A stretch of DNA of 45,742 nt, taken from the NCBI RefSeq assembly GCF_001194135.2, contig NC_068982.1, positions 105,403,135 through 105,448,876 on the forward strand, in the 5' to 3' direction. The notes under the pieces are model-generated. The model had not been told where the DNA came from, made no database searches, and worked only from the letters and a program-made list of their open reading frames with translations. The translations under genes and the position numbers were made by a program. This stretch comes from Octopus bimaculoides. Lineage: Eukaryota. Positions 24,385-39,085 of the stretch are shown piece after piece. Position 1 is the stretch's first letter, and each line of letters starts with the position of its first letter.

Positions 24385-24820
24385 AAAAAGCAGGGGTGCA
24401 ACTTATCTGCTTGATATCATAGAGATCTGAAGTAAACAACATGGCCACTGATGACTCATAGTAACTGACAAACAAATGAAAAGAATGCTTGACAGTGATG
24501 AAGGTGAAGAAGAATTTTGGGGTTTCAGTCCTGATGAAGCTTAATAACTATATCTATATGAATAAGCACTTTTCTTATGTAACATTCTTTTTTCTGTGCT
24601 GCTTGTAATTCTAGACGTTTTTCTTGTAAAGATGATGCATATTGATTTTTTTTCACAGAGTCACTTCCACAAACATGTTTTAATATTTGTAAACAAAGTT
24701 TTGAAATAAAATTGAATATTTGATAATATTTAACAAATATTAGTTATATTTAATTTAAAAAGGGCCATGTAACTCCTCATATTATAGTGCAACCTATCTG
24801 CGAGTCAACTGTAAATACCT
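24385..24820 (+). mobile_element. Possible pogo/Tigger-like DNA transposon 3' end
   Basis: Acidic end DSDEGEEEFWGFSPDEA*; repeated subterminal motif GTGCAAC(T/C)TATCTGC at ~24395 and ~24787. Confidence 0.35.
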
Positions 24821-24834
24821 TCTTTCACAACCCC

Positions 24835-25350
24835 AAGCCAAGTGAGATCATAGCCATGGCCAATGCCAGTGTCACACAACTGGCCTGTTTAAATGTACCC
24901 TTCAATCGTTGGGCAATATGCTGTGCTTAAGACCTTTAGAGTCAAGTGAAAACATAGTCATAGCTGATGCCAGTGACACCTGACTGGCACCCATACTGGT
25001 GACACATACAAAGTAACATTCAAGCATGGCCAATGCCAGTGCCGCCTCACTGGCATGTAAAGAGTACCATTTGAATGTGACCAACACTAGTGCCACCTGA
25101 CTGGCACTCGTATTGGTGGCATGTAAAAAGCACCATCCAAGAGTGGTCAATGCCAGTGCCGCCTGACAGGCTCCCATGTAAAAAGCACCCACTACACTCT
25201 TGGAATGGCTGGTGTTAGGAAGAGCATCCAGCTATAGGAACCTTGCCAGATCAGATTAGAATCTGGTGCAGCCTCCTGGCTTGCCAGTCCTCAGTCAAAC
25301 CGTCCAACCCATTCTAGCATGGAAAGCAGTCATTAAACGATGATGATGAT
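24835..25350 (+). mobile_element. RTE-LINE 3' UTR, variant tandem array, with tail
   Basis: Repeated CAATGCCAGTG..CTGACTGGC units; tail like 13070-13231. Confidence 0.8.
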
Positions 25351-25849
25351 GAATCAACACATACATTAAACTCAGTAAAAGGTGAGAGTTTATTTTCAAA
25401 TTCAAAGTGAAGCAACTGAAACTGTGATAATGTAGGGATTTTTAAGATGGCAGAGTCAGATATTACACACACACAAAAAAAAAAGGAAACTTCAGTTGCT
25501 GAAGGTAGCAAGTGTTTATTTCAATGTTTAAAATTGATTAAAGCTTGTTTCCACCAACAGATTGTTCCTTTTGCGATGATCTGGAATCAGTGTGGGGTAG
25601 GGGTAGCCTCTCCTCAGGTAAGACTTTTATAGTGACAGCACTTTTGGGTCTGTTGTGTAAGCATGTATAGGCTGTATTGAAATATTGCAAGGGTGGAGAG
25701 TTTTGGAAAACTCAAGGATTGCCCCTGATGGCACACCCTCTAGCTACACCATTATCGTTGAATGGTTAAATATCAAACTTTTTCACAATGACTTTGCAAA
25801 TCAAGCACAATTCGCTACCATTATCATTATGTTGCTGTTAATTGCCAAT

Positions 25850-26326
25850 TTGCTGCACCTAACAGACATTTCCCTTTGGCTCTTTGACAGGATAAAAACC
25901 TCTGATATTATTGGTTTATGACACAATGCTCAATCATTTTATAAATTATGCATCATTTATTAACAGCAGAACATTCTTTATGGCCAAGTTACTTGTTTGT
26001 ACCCGAAACAAATTTTAGCCTGAATTGAAATAAATTTCCCTACAGTTGCAAGGTAAGGATTATGGTCATTCATAATAATACTGTCCAAAGCATGAAAGTG
26101 TACTCTTCCACCTGGTCTAGAGAAATGGCAGTCTGAGATGTAAAAGCTTTCTCAGCTTTATTGTATACTTTGCCTTTTGATTGGTTTACCTGTTAAGTCC
26201 ATGACAAAAATGATCTCTTATAGCCTCTTCCAAAAAGGATGGAGAAAATATACAGTATTTTAAGATTTGTCTCAAGCAGATTTTTTTCACATTTGAGTGG
26301 TATGTACTACTTCCTTCAGCTTCTGG

Positions 26327-26360
<34 letters not shown>

Positions 26361-26600
26361 ACGTGCATGCGCACGTGTGTGCACATGCATGCATGTGTGG
26401 GCATTTCAGGCTATCAGAATAACTAGCTGGCTTAATTAGAAATAAATCCCATTTGTCATTCTCATTCATCTTCATAAGTCTTACATATATTTCAAACTGG
26501 ATAATATGTTTATGAAAAGGTATTATTGAGTTATTTCTTAACACAGTGGTGGGGATGATTTTATTGGTGACATTGTTGATTATATTAACTTCTGATCTGT
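25850..26600 (-). mobile_element. Highly decayed Ty3/Gypsy gag-like remnant
   Basis: KYCIFSPSFLEEAIRDHFCHGLN resembles the gag LDEMLRDRFVCGL motif; degraded zinc-knuckle-like segment near 25950-26030. Confidence 0.35.
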
Positions 26601-27709
26601 CAAAATTGCTGTAATTCATACTTTCAGGGGATCAATATTCAACTAAAGATGTATTTCACACTTCAGAAATTGTTGACTAATGAAGTCATTTTATTCACCT
26701 TTCATAATAAATGGTAAGCTGTTCCACTACAGGCCAATATGCATGAGCACAAGATACTAATGAGCATACACAATTCTGCTGTTAGTAACTGACATAACAG
26801 CATAAGGCAATTACAGAACCCTTATCCTACATTACAATTATTAGAACATGAACAGTTCAACATTAACTTGGGCAACAAGCGTTTGTTCAATCAAACAGGC
26901 ATTAATGTGAAAAAGTGTACTTCAATTACCCACACATGTGCTCACAGACATATACAAACCTGTATAAATGTATATGTGTGTATGGGAAAAGCAAGACATA
27001 TTGCTGTTTAACCCTGAACAAATAAATTTATAATCAAAATCATTCCTGTTATGACCATTCCACCTTTTCTCATATATTGTCTACCTTGGACTACATTTTT
27101 TGATGTGTCCTTTTTCAGATGGTAGGATATGTTAATTGGGGAAAATTTGGTTACTATTTCTAGTAGGCCAAATAATCACATTGCTGGCTTGTACATCAAG
27201 AATATATTCAAAATTTTCTTTTAATGAAGCTGAAGAAGGAGGGAACGGTATCATAGAGCAGTATACCAAACCTTTGTTTCCCTCTCATTGGGTGAGGTGT
27301 GCTGCTGAGAATAGTATAGAGGTGGTCATAGCTTTGTAACCTAAACTGTTACATCCTCTTGTTGGCAACTGATAAGAAGAGATAAAAACAAAATGGATTT
27401 CTTTATATCACAGGATGTTAAGAAACAAGGTTCATGTTTACTTTAACATATGTTAAACACACCTCTTTCCAGAATCCATTATCAATTGATTATGTTTTAT
27501 GACCAAGTAAGCTATAGAATGCCAAAAGCAGTTTCATAAAAGTAATTTGGTCAGGTTGGAAACAAGCAAAGCGATTAATTTACTTTGGAACTTGTTCCCT
27601 GTTTTAATATTTAACAAAATAGGAATTATTAATGAATCATTTATTTTAAATATATATACATCTGTTTTATCAATGTCAGTTTTGGCAGTAGAGCAGTAAA
27701 ATTTCACAT

Positions 27710-27920
27710 CATCATCACCATCATCATCATCATCATCACCATCATTATCATCATCATCATCATCATCATCATCATTTAATGTCCACTTTTCTGTGCTAGC
27801 ATAAACCAAACAGAATTTATTGAGACAGTTTCTCTATAGCTAGATGCCCTTCCAGTCACCAACTCTCAACTGTTTCCAAGCAAAGTAATATTTTTCCATA
27901 GCCAGGCATATTTTTCTATG
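27710..27920 (-). mobile_element. (CAT)n tail and degenerate RTE-type 3' end
   Basis: CATCATTTAATGTCCACTTTTCTGTGCTAGCAT...GATGCCCTTCC. Confidence 0.7.
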
Positions 27921-28009
27921 GCAGATGATGGTGATGCATGTTTATGATCATTATGCTATCAGGATATGAGCAGATATACACATTCATGCAAAAACACACA
28001 CACAACATA

Positions 28010-28045
28010 TCTGTCTGTCTACCTGTCTGCCTACCTGCCTGCTTG

Positions 28046-28138
<93 letters not shown>

Positions 28139-28320
28139 ATGTATGTATGTATGCAGTGGGCTTCTTTCAGTATTCTGTCTACCAGTACCACTCACAGGGC
28201 TTTAGTTGGCTCAGAGCCATAGTAGGAGACTCTTTCATAAGGTGCCATGCAGTGGGACTGAACCTGAGATTGCATGGCTGGAAAGTAAGTTTCTTAACTA
28301 CACAGCCATTTCCATACCTA
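28010..28320 (-). mobile_element. SINE family B head adjoining (CCTG)n(TCTG)n(TATG)n
   Basis: GGGCTTCTTTCAG...GGGACTGAACC...CACAGCCAT. Confidence 0.8.
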
Positions 28321-29529
28321 TATGGATCCATATATTCCTATTGTTGTTGTTTAATCCGTGATCAGCCCTGGTTAAGCAGATTTGTGTTCAAAGGCTTTTC
28401 CATCTGTAACTGTCTCATCTCTTTATTCAAACTTAGTGTTTCAGGACAATCTTGTCATCCATTGTGTATTTCATGTTTGTGATTTCAGAGATGTTTCACT
28501 ATTATTTCTTACAGATTACAAAAGCTCCCTCATTGTCTCATAAAAGGATACACTTTTATAGTTTTATGACCTGTTGGAACAAATATGTCTCTAATGCTTG
28601 GAATTCTTCCTAAGTCTGTGATGGTTCTTAGCTTGCCATCATTAGTTGGCAGTAATAACTGCAAGATCTTAAAACAACTTTTGCTCTTGGTTAATTAAAG
28701 AGATTTTCGTCTTTTGATAAAAAATGGTATTCTTGTGAACTCTGAATAAATTGACAATGTGGGCTATGAAAGTAGTATACCTGTAATACTATGAAGGTGA
28801 ATCATGTTAGCAGTAAAAGAATAAGGCAGAGTGGGATAAGAGTAGAGCGCCAGACTACATGGTTTTGCGTAACTGGTTTAATTTTTCCATGTTCTCAGTT
28901 CAAATCATATGAGTTAACTACGCTCTTCAGTCATCTGCGGTCAATAAAATGATTTTCTTTTTAACATTTTAGTCTGAGGAGATCGGCAGTGCTTATAGCC
29001 TCTCCCATTTCTAGAAATGTACTTGGAATAATTAAATTGACTATACCCCTTACCTACAAATTTGTGGCCTTGAGCCAAATATATAAATCAATAACAGCAA
29101 TATAGAAGGAATACCTGTTAGTACAGTATAGATGGAGAATATTGGCAATGAATGAAGAATAAAACTGTATTGACTTCAAATGTCAATAGAATTCTGTATG
29201 ATTGAACTAAAGAATTTCCTACTTCAGTTATTTCATGAATCAATCAGAGAGGGTTTTATAAAGCATCTCTGTATAAGTACTTTTGGGAAAGATTGTAAGA
29301 TAACTTTATAATAAATGAGGCAAATGTTTCATGTTTTTTGTTTTTGCTATGACTTTTTTTGGAGTATGTACCATTTGAAAGGGGACTCACAAATAGTTTT
29401 TGGGAACCATGATATTAATTCTCCAAATATGAAATTATTTGTATGGAAGAAGAGAATTTTGTAATACTATTCTTCTGCATTTTCTGAAATTTTAATTTCA
29501 GGTAGAAATAACAGAGGGTAAACCATTTA

Positions 29530-29784
29530 AAGTAAAGCAAAATAAAGTTACCTTCTTGAGCTGGCCATAAAGGCTGGTTTCCCAGTTTCCATGTCATATA
29601 TATTCCCCATCTGGATGGGATGCCAGTCCATCGTAGGATTACTCATTTTTGCCAGTTGAGTGGACTGGAGCAACATGAAATGAAGTGTTTTGCTCTAGAG
29701 CACAACCTGGTCCATATATCGAAACCACAATATTACGATTGTGAGTCCAATGCCCTAACCACTAAGCCATGCGCCTCCACAAGT
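29530..29784 (-). mobile_element. SINE family C
   Basis: 12 bp TSD GTAAACCATTTA at 29518-29529 and 29785-29796. Confidence 0.9.
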
Positions 29785-30674
29785 GTAAACCATTTATGAA
29801 GAATGGGATCTGTTTTTAAAGGAATATTGGTTTCCTTCCATAGTATAGAGAAGATATTAAAAAATATTGTTCCCACCTCTATTTAACATTTTCAGATAGA
29901 AGTAATGGTCTCCCTTAAATATCTCATAAAATTTTAGCCAGCAGCAGATCTTGTTATGTCTAATCTAATAAAGTCCTTTGATTGCTATTAGTTCATAACA
30001 AGAGAAACTTTCAATACTATCAAAGCAAAGGTTGTATGAAGCATAACTAGATCACAAAACTTCCAATACTGTATTATATAGCTCTATGAAAAAAGAGGAA
30101 AATAAAAGAAACTCAAAGCAAATACAAGAGATCAGAAATTGTTCAAAGTCCTAGAAAATACGAGCCGAAGAAGAGTTCCATTAATCTACTGAATATATAT
30201 GAGGGGAATTTGTTAACTTAATGTTGATTGAATAAATAACTTCATTTATTCAATGTTCAGTTCAAAGAATATTACCGCAGGCAATACTGACAAAAAGTTT
30301 TGATTTGTTTCAGTCATGGTTAATGGCTGGGATAAATGAGATGCTGGGTATAAAATAAAAAAGCAGAATGCATCTTTTTCCTTTTAGATTTCATTGTAAA
30401 ATGAGTTCATGCCATTTAAAGATTTACACAAATATTGGCATATGGCACCAAGAATTATATAAACCTTGTCAGAATTATAACAATTGCTGAAGCTGGTGCT
30501 TATCTCTAGTTGTCATAGCATTAGGCAGATGAGAGACAAATTTTCCAATAAAGAGTTCACTGTTCAAATACAGATAGAATTTATGGCAGAGGACCAAACT
30601 TGTTAAACGGAACTAGAAGAAACATCTTTCTGTAAAATCAGATTCTCAACCTGAAATTGGAGATAGGAACATCT

Positions 30675-31041
30675 GTTGTTGTTGGCACTCCGTCGCTTAC
30701 GACGTCGAGGGTTCCAGTTGATCCGATCAATGGAACAGCCTGCTCGTGAAATTAACATGCAAGTGACTGAGCACTCCACAGACACGTGTACCCTTAATGT
30801 AGTTCTCGGGGATATTCAGCCGACCCTTTGAATTACAGGCACAACAGAAACAGGAAGTAAGAGTAAGAGAAAGTTGCGGTGAAAGAGTACAGCAGGGTTC
30901 GCCACCATCCCCTGCCGGAGCCTCGTGGAGCTTTAGGTGTTTTCGCTCAATAAACACTCACAACGCCCGGTCTGGGAATCGAAACTGTGATCGTATGACC
31001 GCGAGTTCGCTGCCCTAACTACCGGGCCATTGCGCCTCCCC
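30675..31041 (-). mobile_element. SINE family D
   Basis: 10 bp TSD AGGAACATCT at 30665-30674 and 31042-31051; tRNA-like head; (CAA)n tail. Confidence 0.92.
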
Positions 31042-31299
31042 AGGAACATCTATGGCATAGTTAAAGCATTTGAGCTTGTACATTCTTTAGTGATGCATGC
31101 TTCTTGCTTTGTAGTTGGCTGTGTTTCTTAACAATAATAACTTTGCGATAAAATTAAATGGGTATCAATTTATCATATTGGAAGACTTAGGCTAGTAAAG
31201 TAAAGATGCCCCTGGAATTATCATCTGCATCAGTAATGTGTTGCTTCTTCTGCTGTATATCCTCACCATTGTTAGTATTCATTCTTTCTTTTATTTTCT

Positions 31300-31955
<656 letters not shown>

Positions 31956-32438
31956 TTGAATTTTTGCATTTCTCAATCCTCAATCTTTTGTGATTTTTTT
32001 TCTTGAACAGAGGCTGTACCTTTCTTGTGTTAGAGATTTTATCAAAGAATCTAACTCTTTTTTATTCTTACTAAAAAGCTTCAGATCATCCGTGTAGAAT
32101 AAATGTTTAATTCTTTTCATTACTATCTCTAAACCGATACTCTGCCTTTGTCTTTCTTTATACTAAGCTGAGAGGGATTAAGCATAACACAAATATTAAA
32201 GGGGATAATGAGTCTTTCAGGAAAATTCCTCTCTTGATATTAACTCTCCCTAAAGCTGTATTACTTGAGTGAAGATCTACCTTCCATTTCTTCATGCTTA
32301 TTGCTAATTAAATTTCTTATGTTGTCTGCAATACTGAATATACACAAACATTCACTTATCCATGTATGTGGAATCATGTCATAGGCTTTCTTATAATTTA
32401 TCCACATTATTGTTGTTGTTGTTGTTGTCATCGTCATG

Positions 32439-32655
32439 AAGGTGGCAAGCTGACTGAATTGTTAGCACACCAGGCGAAATGTTTATTGGCGTTTCATCTG
32501 TCTGCACATTCTGAGTTCAAATGTTGCTAAGGTTGACTTTGCCTTTGATCCTTAAGTACCAATGGAACACTGGGGTTGATGTAATCAACTAGTCCCCTCC
32601 CACCAAATTTCAGGCCTTGTGCCTTTAGTAGAAAGGGTTATTATTATTATTGCTG
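32439..32655 (+). mobile_element. SINE family A with (TTA)n tail
   Basis: Homologous to 11930-12143. Confidence 0.88.
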
Positions 32656-32672
32656 TTATTATTCAATTGTCT

Positions 32673-32887
32673 AAGGCAGTGAGCAGGCAGAATTGTTAGC
32701 ACACTGGACAAAATGCTTAATGATATTTCGTCCTTTTTTATGTTCTGAGTTCAAATTCTGCCAAGGTCAACTTTGCCTTTTATCATTTTGGGGTCAATAA
32801 AATAAATACCAGTTGATCACTAGGGTCAATGTAATTGGCTAACCCCATCGCCACAAATTTTAGGCCTTTTACCTATAGTAGAAAGAA
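32673..32887 (+). mobile_element. Second SINE family A, inserted at the tail of the first
   Basis: 17 bp TSD TTATTATTCAATTGTCT at 32656-32672 and 32888-32904. Confidence 0.9.
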
Positions 32888-33234
32888 TTATTATTCAATT
32901 GTCTTATTTTTATTATCTGCTTTCACTGCACTACTGTGCACAGCTCTCTGTGCTTGTGAGATGTGCAGTATTTTGTTTTGCTTTTGTTATTTTTATTGTA
33001 TTAAAAGTACCCGACATAATATGTGTACAATGCCTAGCAGAACTATCTTTTGCATGTCATGCATATTTGTCGGTCCTGGGGTTTTGGTTACGTACTTTTC
33101 TGCATGTTTTATTTAAAAATCATTTCCAAAGCATGTACTATTATAGGAAATGTTTCTATTTTCAGGAACCAAATTCAGGTTATCTCTATTTCAAGATCTT
33201 TAGATTTTGATAGTTTTCCCATTACTTTTAGAGA

Positions 33235-33795
33235 TACATAGTAACTGTTGGGGATGATATGTGGATTAGGGGCACTTTTTCTCCTGGTTGTCTTCAACAA
33301 CAGTATCTGGTCAATTAGCCTTGATCTCTCACTCTATGTGTTGTAGCATAGCCCAGATTATGGTTGCTTTGCTATTCTAAGAGACCTTTTCAATATGCTT
33401 ATATCATTTCGTTTCTATTGGTATTTCATTGTACTGGTACAATTTCAAAGTTACCTGCTCTGTCATGCCAATGGATGTAATCTTTCTTACCTAAGACTGA
33501 GCTGCCAGAAATAAAGTGGTTGTTTTTTTTTTTTTTACCCACATCTTCATATATTCTGCAGTGACTACTGTATTCTGTTCCATAATATGATTTTGCTGGC
33601 TTGGGATGGGTAGTTGTTGATCCTGTGTTGCAATCAAGAATCTTTCACTCTCTGATAGAATCTACATTTTTCAGCCAGTGTTGTGACTTTTCCTTGTATA
33701 TTTCCAATCTTCAACATTTTCAAGCATTGGCTTTGTAGAGGCTTTTCTTGCCATTACTTTATTATGGCATTCTGTTGCCTGAATCTTAGCATATT
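33235..33795 (-). mobile_element. Decayed R4/Dong LINE, restriction-like endonuclease region
   Basis: Across frameshifts: WQEKPL, FLIATQDQQL, CRI, HFISG..VLGKKDYIHWHDRAG, TIIW, EIKAN*PDTVVED (CCHC + PD..D pattern). Confidence 0.7.
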
Positions 33796-35086
33796 TTAGT
33801 TGGGTCACGATTTCTCATCTGTCTCTTCTTTCTGTTTTTTTTTTCTTTTTTGTAGCTATCTGCCAATTCAGCATCCTTTTTTATTTTGGTATTTGTCAGC
33901 TTGTAGAAAGAAAACAGGTTTTTTTCATTCATGTTTTATTGTATTAATTTTCTATTGTTGCTGCTGCTGTTGTTGTTGTTGTTGTTGTAAAAAAAAATGA
34001 TAGGATTGTAAAAGAATATTCCAAGCTTAAACGATGCGAAAACTGGGTAATATAATTATGTAATTAATTCTTCTAATTCTCTTTCACAAACATGTGTTTT
34101 TCTGCAGAAAATTCTATATTTCTTGTACCCCAAAATAACAACCAATTAAACACCGCAGGGACAGACAGACAATACAATTTCTAATATATTAGTATTCTTC
34201 CATTTTGATATATTGATTTTTAGAGAAAGACTACAATTTCAGAGTAATTCTTATGACAAATTATGAATTGCATTTTGCTGTATTCAGTTCAGATTTCTGA
34301 ACAAACCACTGAGTTATCATACACATATCAGCTATTGAAAGATATGAAATCCATTAATAATACTTCAAAAGAAGCCTGCTGTCTTTAAAAATTATAGTCG
34401 ATGAAAAATATATAGTTATAACAAGCATTCTAAATATGAAATATGGTTTAGTTTCCTACGGTTACATTTTTCAAGACGTGCAGTGCTGTCTAATTCAGTT
34501 TGAGGTCATAAGGTTTAATTCTAATATTTCCTAAAGCCATTTTTAAATGATCATCAGTTTCATGTGAATGGTTCATTATCTACAAAACATTTATTGATTT
34601 TACTTTAAAGGATGCATAAAGACATTTATTAATCAAATGCTAATCCAACTGTAACAAGGAATGATAATTTGATTGTGATTGTCACATTTTCTATCATATC
34701 TCACCATTACAAAGAAAATCTAAGCTTCTTGATATCCTGTTATTCTTTTCTTTCCAATCTGGCTTCAGATAATGTACCAAATTCTATATTTGTCAAAATT
34801 GCCACTAGAAACATTGTAAATGAGATTTTTATCTACAATTATTGATTTTTGACATAGCCACAAGAAATCAAATTTTAGAAGAGAACATAGTCAATTAGAA
34901 TCAATCCCAATTTCTTACCGGTACTTTTTATTTTAAACTCCCATGCCCATCCCACCTCAGAAGAATGAAAAGCAAGGCTGACTTTAGTGTGATTTGGATT
35001 TAGATGCAAGGGATGCGACAAAATATGTCATGATATTTAATGTGTACACCTGTTCACTTCATGCAACCATGAGAAGCAGATGTAAA

Positions 35087-35119
<33 letters not shown>

Positions 35120-36452
35120 CCACTGCCACTGCCACTCCCAGTAATGATATTTTGTCTGATTTTTGCCAATCCACCAACTATATTGTCTTATATTATTACA
35201 AGAGATTATCTATTGTAACTCATGTGTTTTCACATCTTTTCTTTGTTGATAATGAGTCATATTATTGGTACTTATTTTAGATATCCAGGTTATCACTGTA
35301 ATTTATTTTATGGATCCCAGTGTAGAGTAGAAGAAAGTGCCAATGATGTGGATTTGTTTAAGATGGACCTCAACTTGCCAGGAAGTGGCCTTACACACTT
35401 AATTCTATGACCTTCCTCTGCTTCACATATAGAATGAAACATGCAGGGTCCAGTTATGGATCTACAATGCACTGCTGCTGACATGGTTATAGTTTTGAGT
35501 GACTCCTTCTGTAGCATGTCTGTCATGCATAGCCCTCTTCATCTGCTGGTTCAAGTGTTGAGATCTGTTGTAATCACCATCTGCTTGTTCTGCTGTTGGG
35601 GTCTTTGGAAGCTGGTTGTGCTTAGTCTGGGTCCTTGTCTTCAATCTTGCCACCAAGAGTGACCCTACAGCATTGCTTTCAGAGTCATTGGTCCATTCAA
35701 GCCCCTCCGTCATGACAAGGATTGACTATCAGAGGAAGAAGCGACCATCAGAGGCATAGCAGCAATCACTAGAGGAGAATAATCCCATTGATATATGAAG
35801 TAAAGCTAGTGTTGACAGAATTTGAACTTAGCATTTGAGCAGTTGAAACTAAATATTAAATTCAGCTGTTGCACCATTGCAGTGTATTGCTGCAACCACC
35901 ATTAGTCAGTATCTGCTCAGGACATCCCAGCTAGCCTCCCCTCCCTCCAAGCAGTGTCCTCGTCAGTTCTCATCTCTGTGAAATACTGCCGCCTCTGCTG
36001 CAGCCATAAGGTCAACCATAATGTCATATGGTCAACCAACACAAGCTGTCACACCAAGCTAGATCCTCAGAGACAAGAAGATGGTACACAAAATCCAATT
36101 CAGAAAAAGCAAGCAACATGACCAAAATGTCTAAGGTGACACTCCCAAATCATATAAGTGACAGGATGCATCCAAGCTTCTAAGTATAGTGGTTGGATGG
36201 ATATGAAATCTGACCAATGGTAGTCCTTAATCCTGCAAAATGTCCTGGTTCTAAAGGAGTTCAGAAGATAATCCCATGTTTATTAATGAGGTCTTTTTTA
36301 TAGAAAGTTCCAATGGTACTCTTTTTTTTAGTCACAAAAAGAACCTATTCTTCATGCTGTTGTAATCAATTAATGGAATATGTATGTGTATATACCCCCC
36401 TCCACGCACATGCACGCATGCACACATGCACACATGCACACACATGCAGTGA

Positions 36453-37031
36453 CTGCCATCTCAGCCGGCAATTGTCCTGTGCCAAGGAAGAGAAATAACC
36501 CAGAAACCATTGCTCTACAAGTATCGTTAAAACTAGAAAGGGAGCGATAAACTCCCTTGCTCATAGTGTATGGATACAGACCATGTGTTGGTAGCTAGCT
36601 GGAAAAGATGTTTCCCTGGGGCTAAGAAGTAGTAACATCATCCTGCATAGGACTGCCACATTGTGTTGGCAAACAGACTTTAGTGTACGGTACTGTTACA
36701 ACATATTTCTTACTCAGAGATTTAAAATTAGTTGTTTTTCTCTTTATGAGATCAGTGACTATGTGACACTTTAAAAGTATATACTGTGAGCAAGGTTGAG
36801 TGATTGCCATCTCTAGTTGGTGATTGTACTATACCAAAGAAGGGAAATAACCCTGAAACTATTGGTCTACAGATATCACTAAGGCTAGAAAGGGAGCATT
36901 AGACTCCCTTGCTTACAATATACAGACAAAGACCATGTGTCAGTAGCCAGCTGGAAAAGATGTTTTCCTAGGCTTAAAAAGTTGTAACATCATCCTGTAT
37001 AGGACTTCCACATTGTGTTGGCAAATAGACT

Positions 37032-37035
<4 letters not shown>
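36453..37035. repeat. Diverged direct duplication: two ~230 bp units starting ~350 bp apart
   Basis: 36453-36685 vs 36803-37035 share CTAGAAAGGGAGC, ACTCCCTTGCT, AGCTGGAAAAGATGTTT, GTAACATCATCCTG and CCACATTGTGTTGGCAAA. Confidence 0.85.
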
Positions 37036-37081
<46 letters not shown>

Positions 37082-37082
<1 letters not shown>

Positions 37083-37280
37083 CATCATCATCATTTAGCA
37101 TCTGCTTTCCATGCTGGTGTCTTTTAGATGGTTTGACAGGAGCTGGCCACCTGGAGAGCTGTCCAGGCACCATTTGTCTGTTTTGGCATAGTTTCTATGG
37201 TTTGATGCTCTTTCTAATGCCAACCATTTTACAGAGTGTACAGTGTGCTTTTAACATGGCACCAACACAGCTGCATTTCC
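37082..37280 (-). mobile_element. RTE-LINE 3' tail
   Basis: CATCATCATTTAGCATCTGCTTTCCATGCT...TTTCTAATGCCAACC. Confidence 0.8.
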
Positions 37281-37399
37281 ATGGCATTGGCACAAGTGGT
37301 TTTATGTGACATGGATGCAACCTGTAACATTTTATTTCTGATTGTTTTTTCTCTATTTCTATATTACTTTTATAATAGCTTCCTTTATTGTGAAGCATC

Positions 37400-37620
37400 A
37401 AATTGTTACCATCTCTGCTCAGAATTCCATAACACACTATTTCTCTTTTTCCCACAACTTCTACAAAGTCTCATCTTCAGACTTCTCATTAAGCACTTAA
37501 CCAACTCATTTCTTCTTAAGGCAACAGCCTTTTGGAATTGCTTGCTTCTCAGCATTTCCTCCATAGGCATCAACCTAAAGGAGTTCAAAGTGAACAAACA
37601 GTTATTGATCTTACCAATCT
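37400..37620 (+). mobile_element. CR1/L2-like LINE ORF2 C-terminal remnant
   Basis: NSFLLKATAFWNCL...INLKEFKVN resembles the SFFPRT..LWNSLP...FK end motif. Confidence 0.5.
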
Positions 37621-38264
37621 AAAAAAGACAACATCAATCATAGATGCTTCTTTTCTTTCTTTGATTAATTAATTTAAAATTTAAAAAAATACTAACGTGA
37701 GCACGCACATCAGGCAAACTCACATTCATACACAGAAGCAGATGGACAGACCAACAAACACACACATGCTCAGTCACGTTAGCAATGATCAAGCACTTTG
37801 TTTAGTCACGACTGACAAGATCTTTAGAAAAGAAACTACAAATCTTCCATTTTACATAGATTTACTTTTTTACATTTAACTTCCATTGCATGATTTGTGA
37901 GATTTAGATATAATCAGAAAAAAAAGAAAGAAAAAGAAATAAGAAAACGCAGAAGTGAACAAGAAAAGCTAGGAAAACTTTGGTATTCCTTCTGTGTTTT
38001 TTTTATTTCATTGATCTGTTGTTTTATGCTGAAAATATAGGGCGACATGTATAGGACGTTTCTGGAGGTGTAGTTGCATGGAGGTGGCATGTAGGAAATC
38101 ATTACAAGGTCATCAAATGTTTCTAGGATACTTTCTGCTCAATTGCCATCACTCTTTCTTTTGGTCTATTTTTTAAAAAAAACTTTGCTCTTTTCACATT
38201 GTCTCTGTCACTCTATCCCCTCTGTGCATGTGTATGCAGGTGTGTGTGCGTGTGTAAACACATA

Positions 38265-38965
<701 letters not shown>

Positions 38966-39085
38966 ATATGTAAAATTAATAAATAAAAAAAACGGAGAAA
39001 AAAGGACAACAAGAAAAAAACAACAAGGTGAGGACGTAGTACATGCTAAGTATTAATAAGACACTCAGAGAAGGAAAGAAAGGGG

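Noticed and set aside
26046-26052. 7 nt microexon candidate (CCCTACAG|TTGCAAG|GTAAGG)
   Set aside because: It lies inside the antisense of the Gypsy-like remnant and has no partner exons
35300-36300. GC-richer stretch that may be a decayed LINE
   Set aside because: No recognisable motif in any frame; left unassigned
38045-38115. Minus-strand TTGATGA...GAAACGTC
   Set aside because: Neither stem I nor stem II pairs
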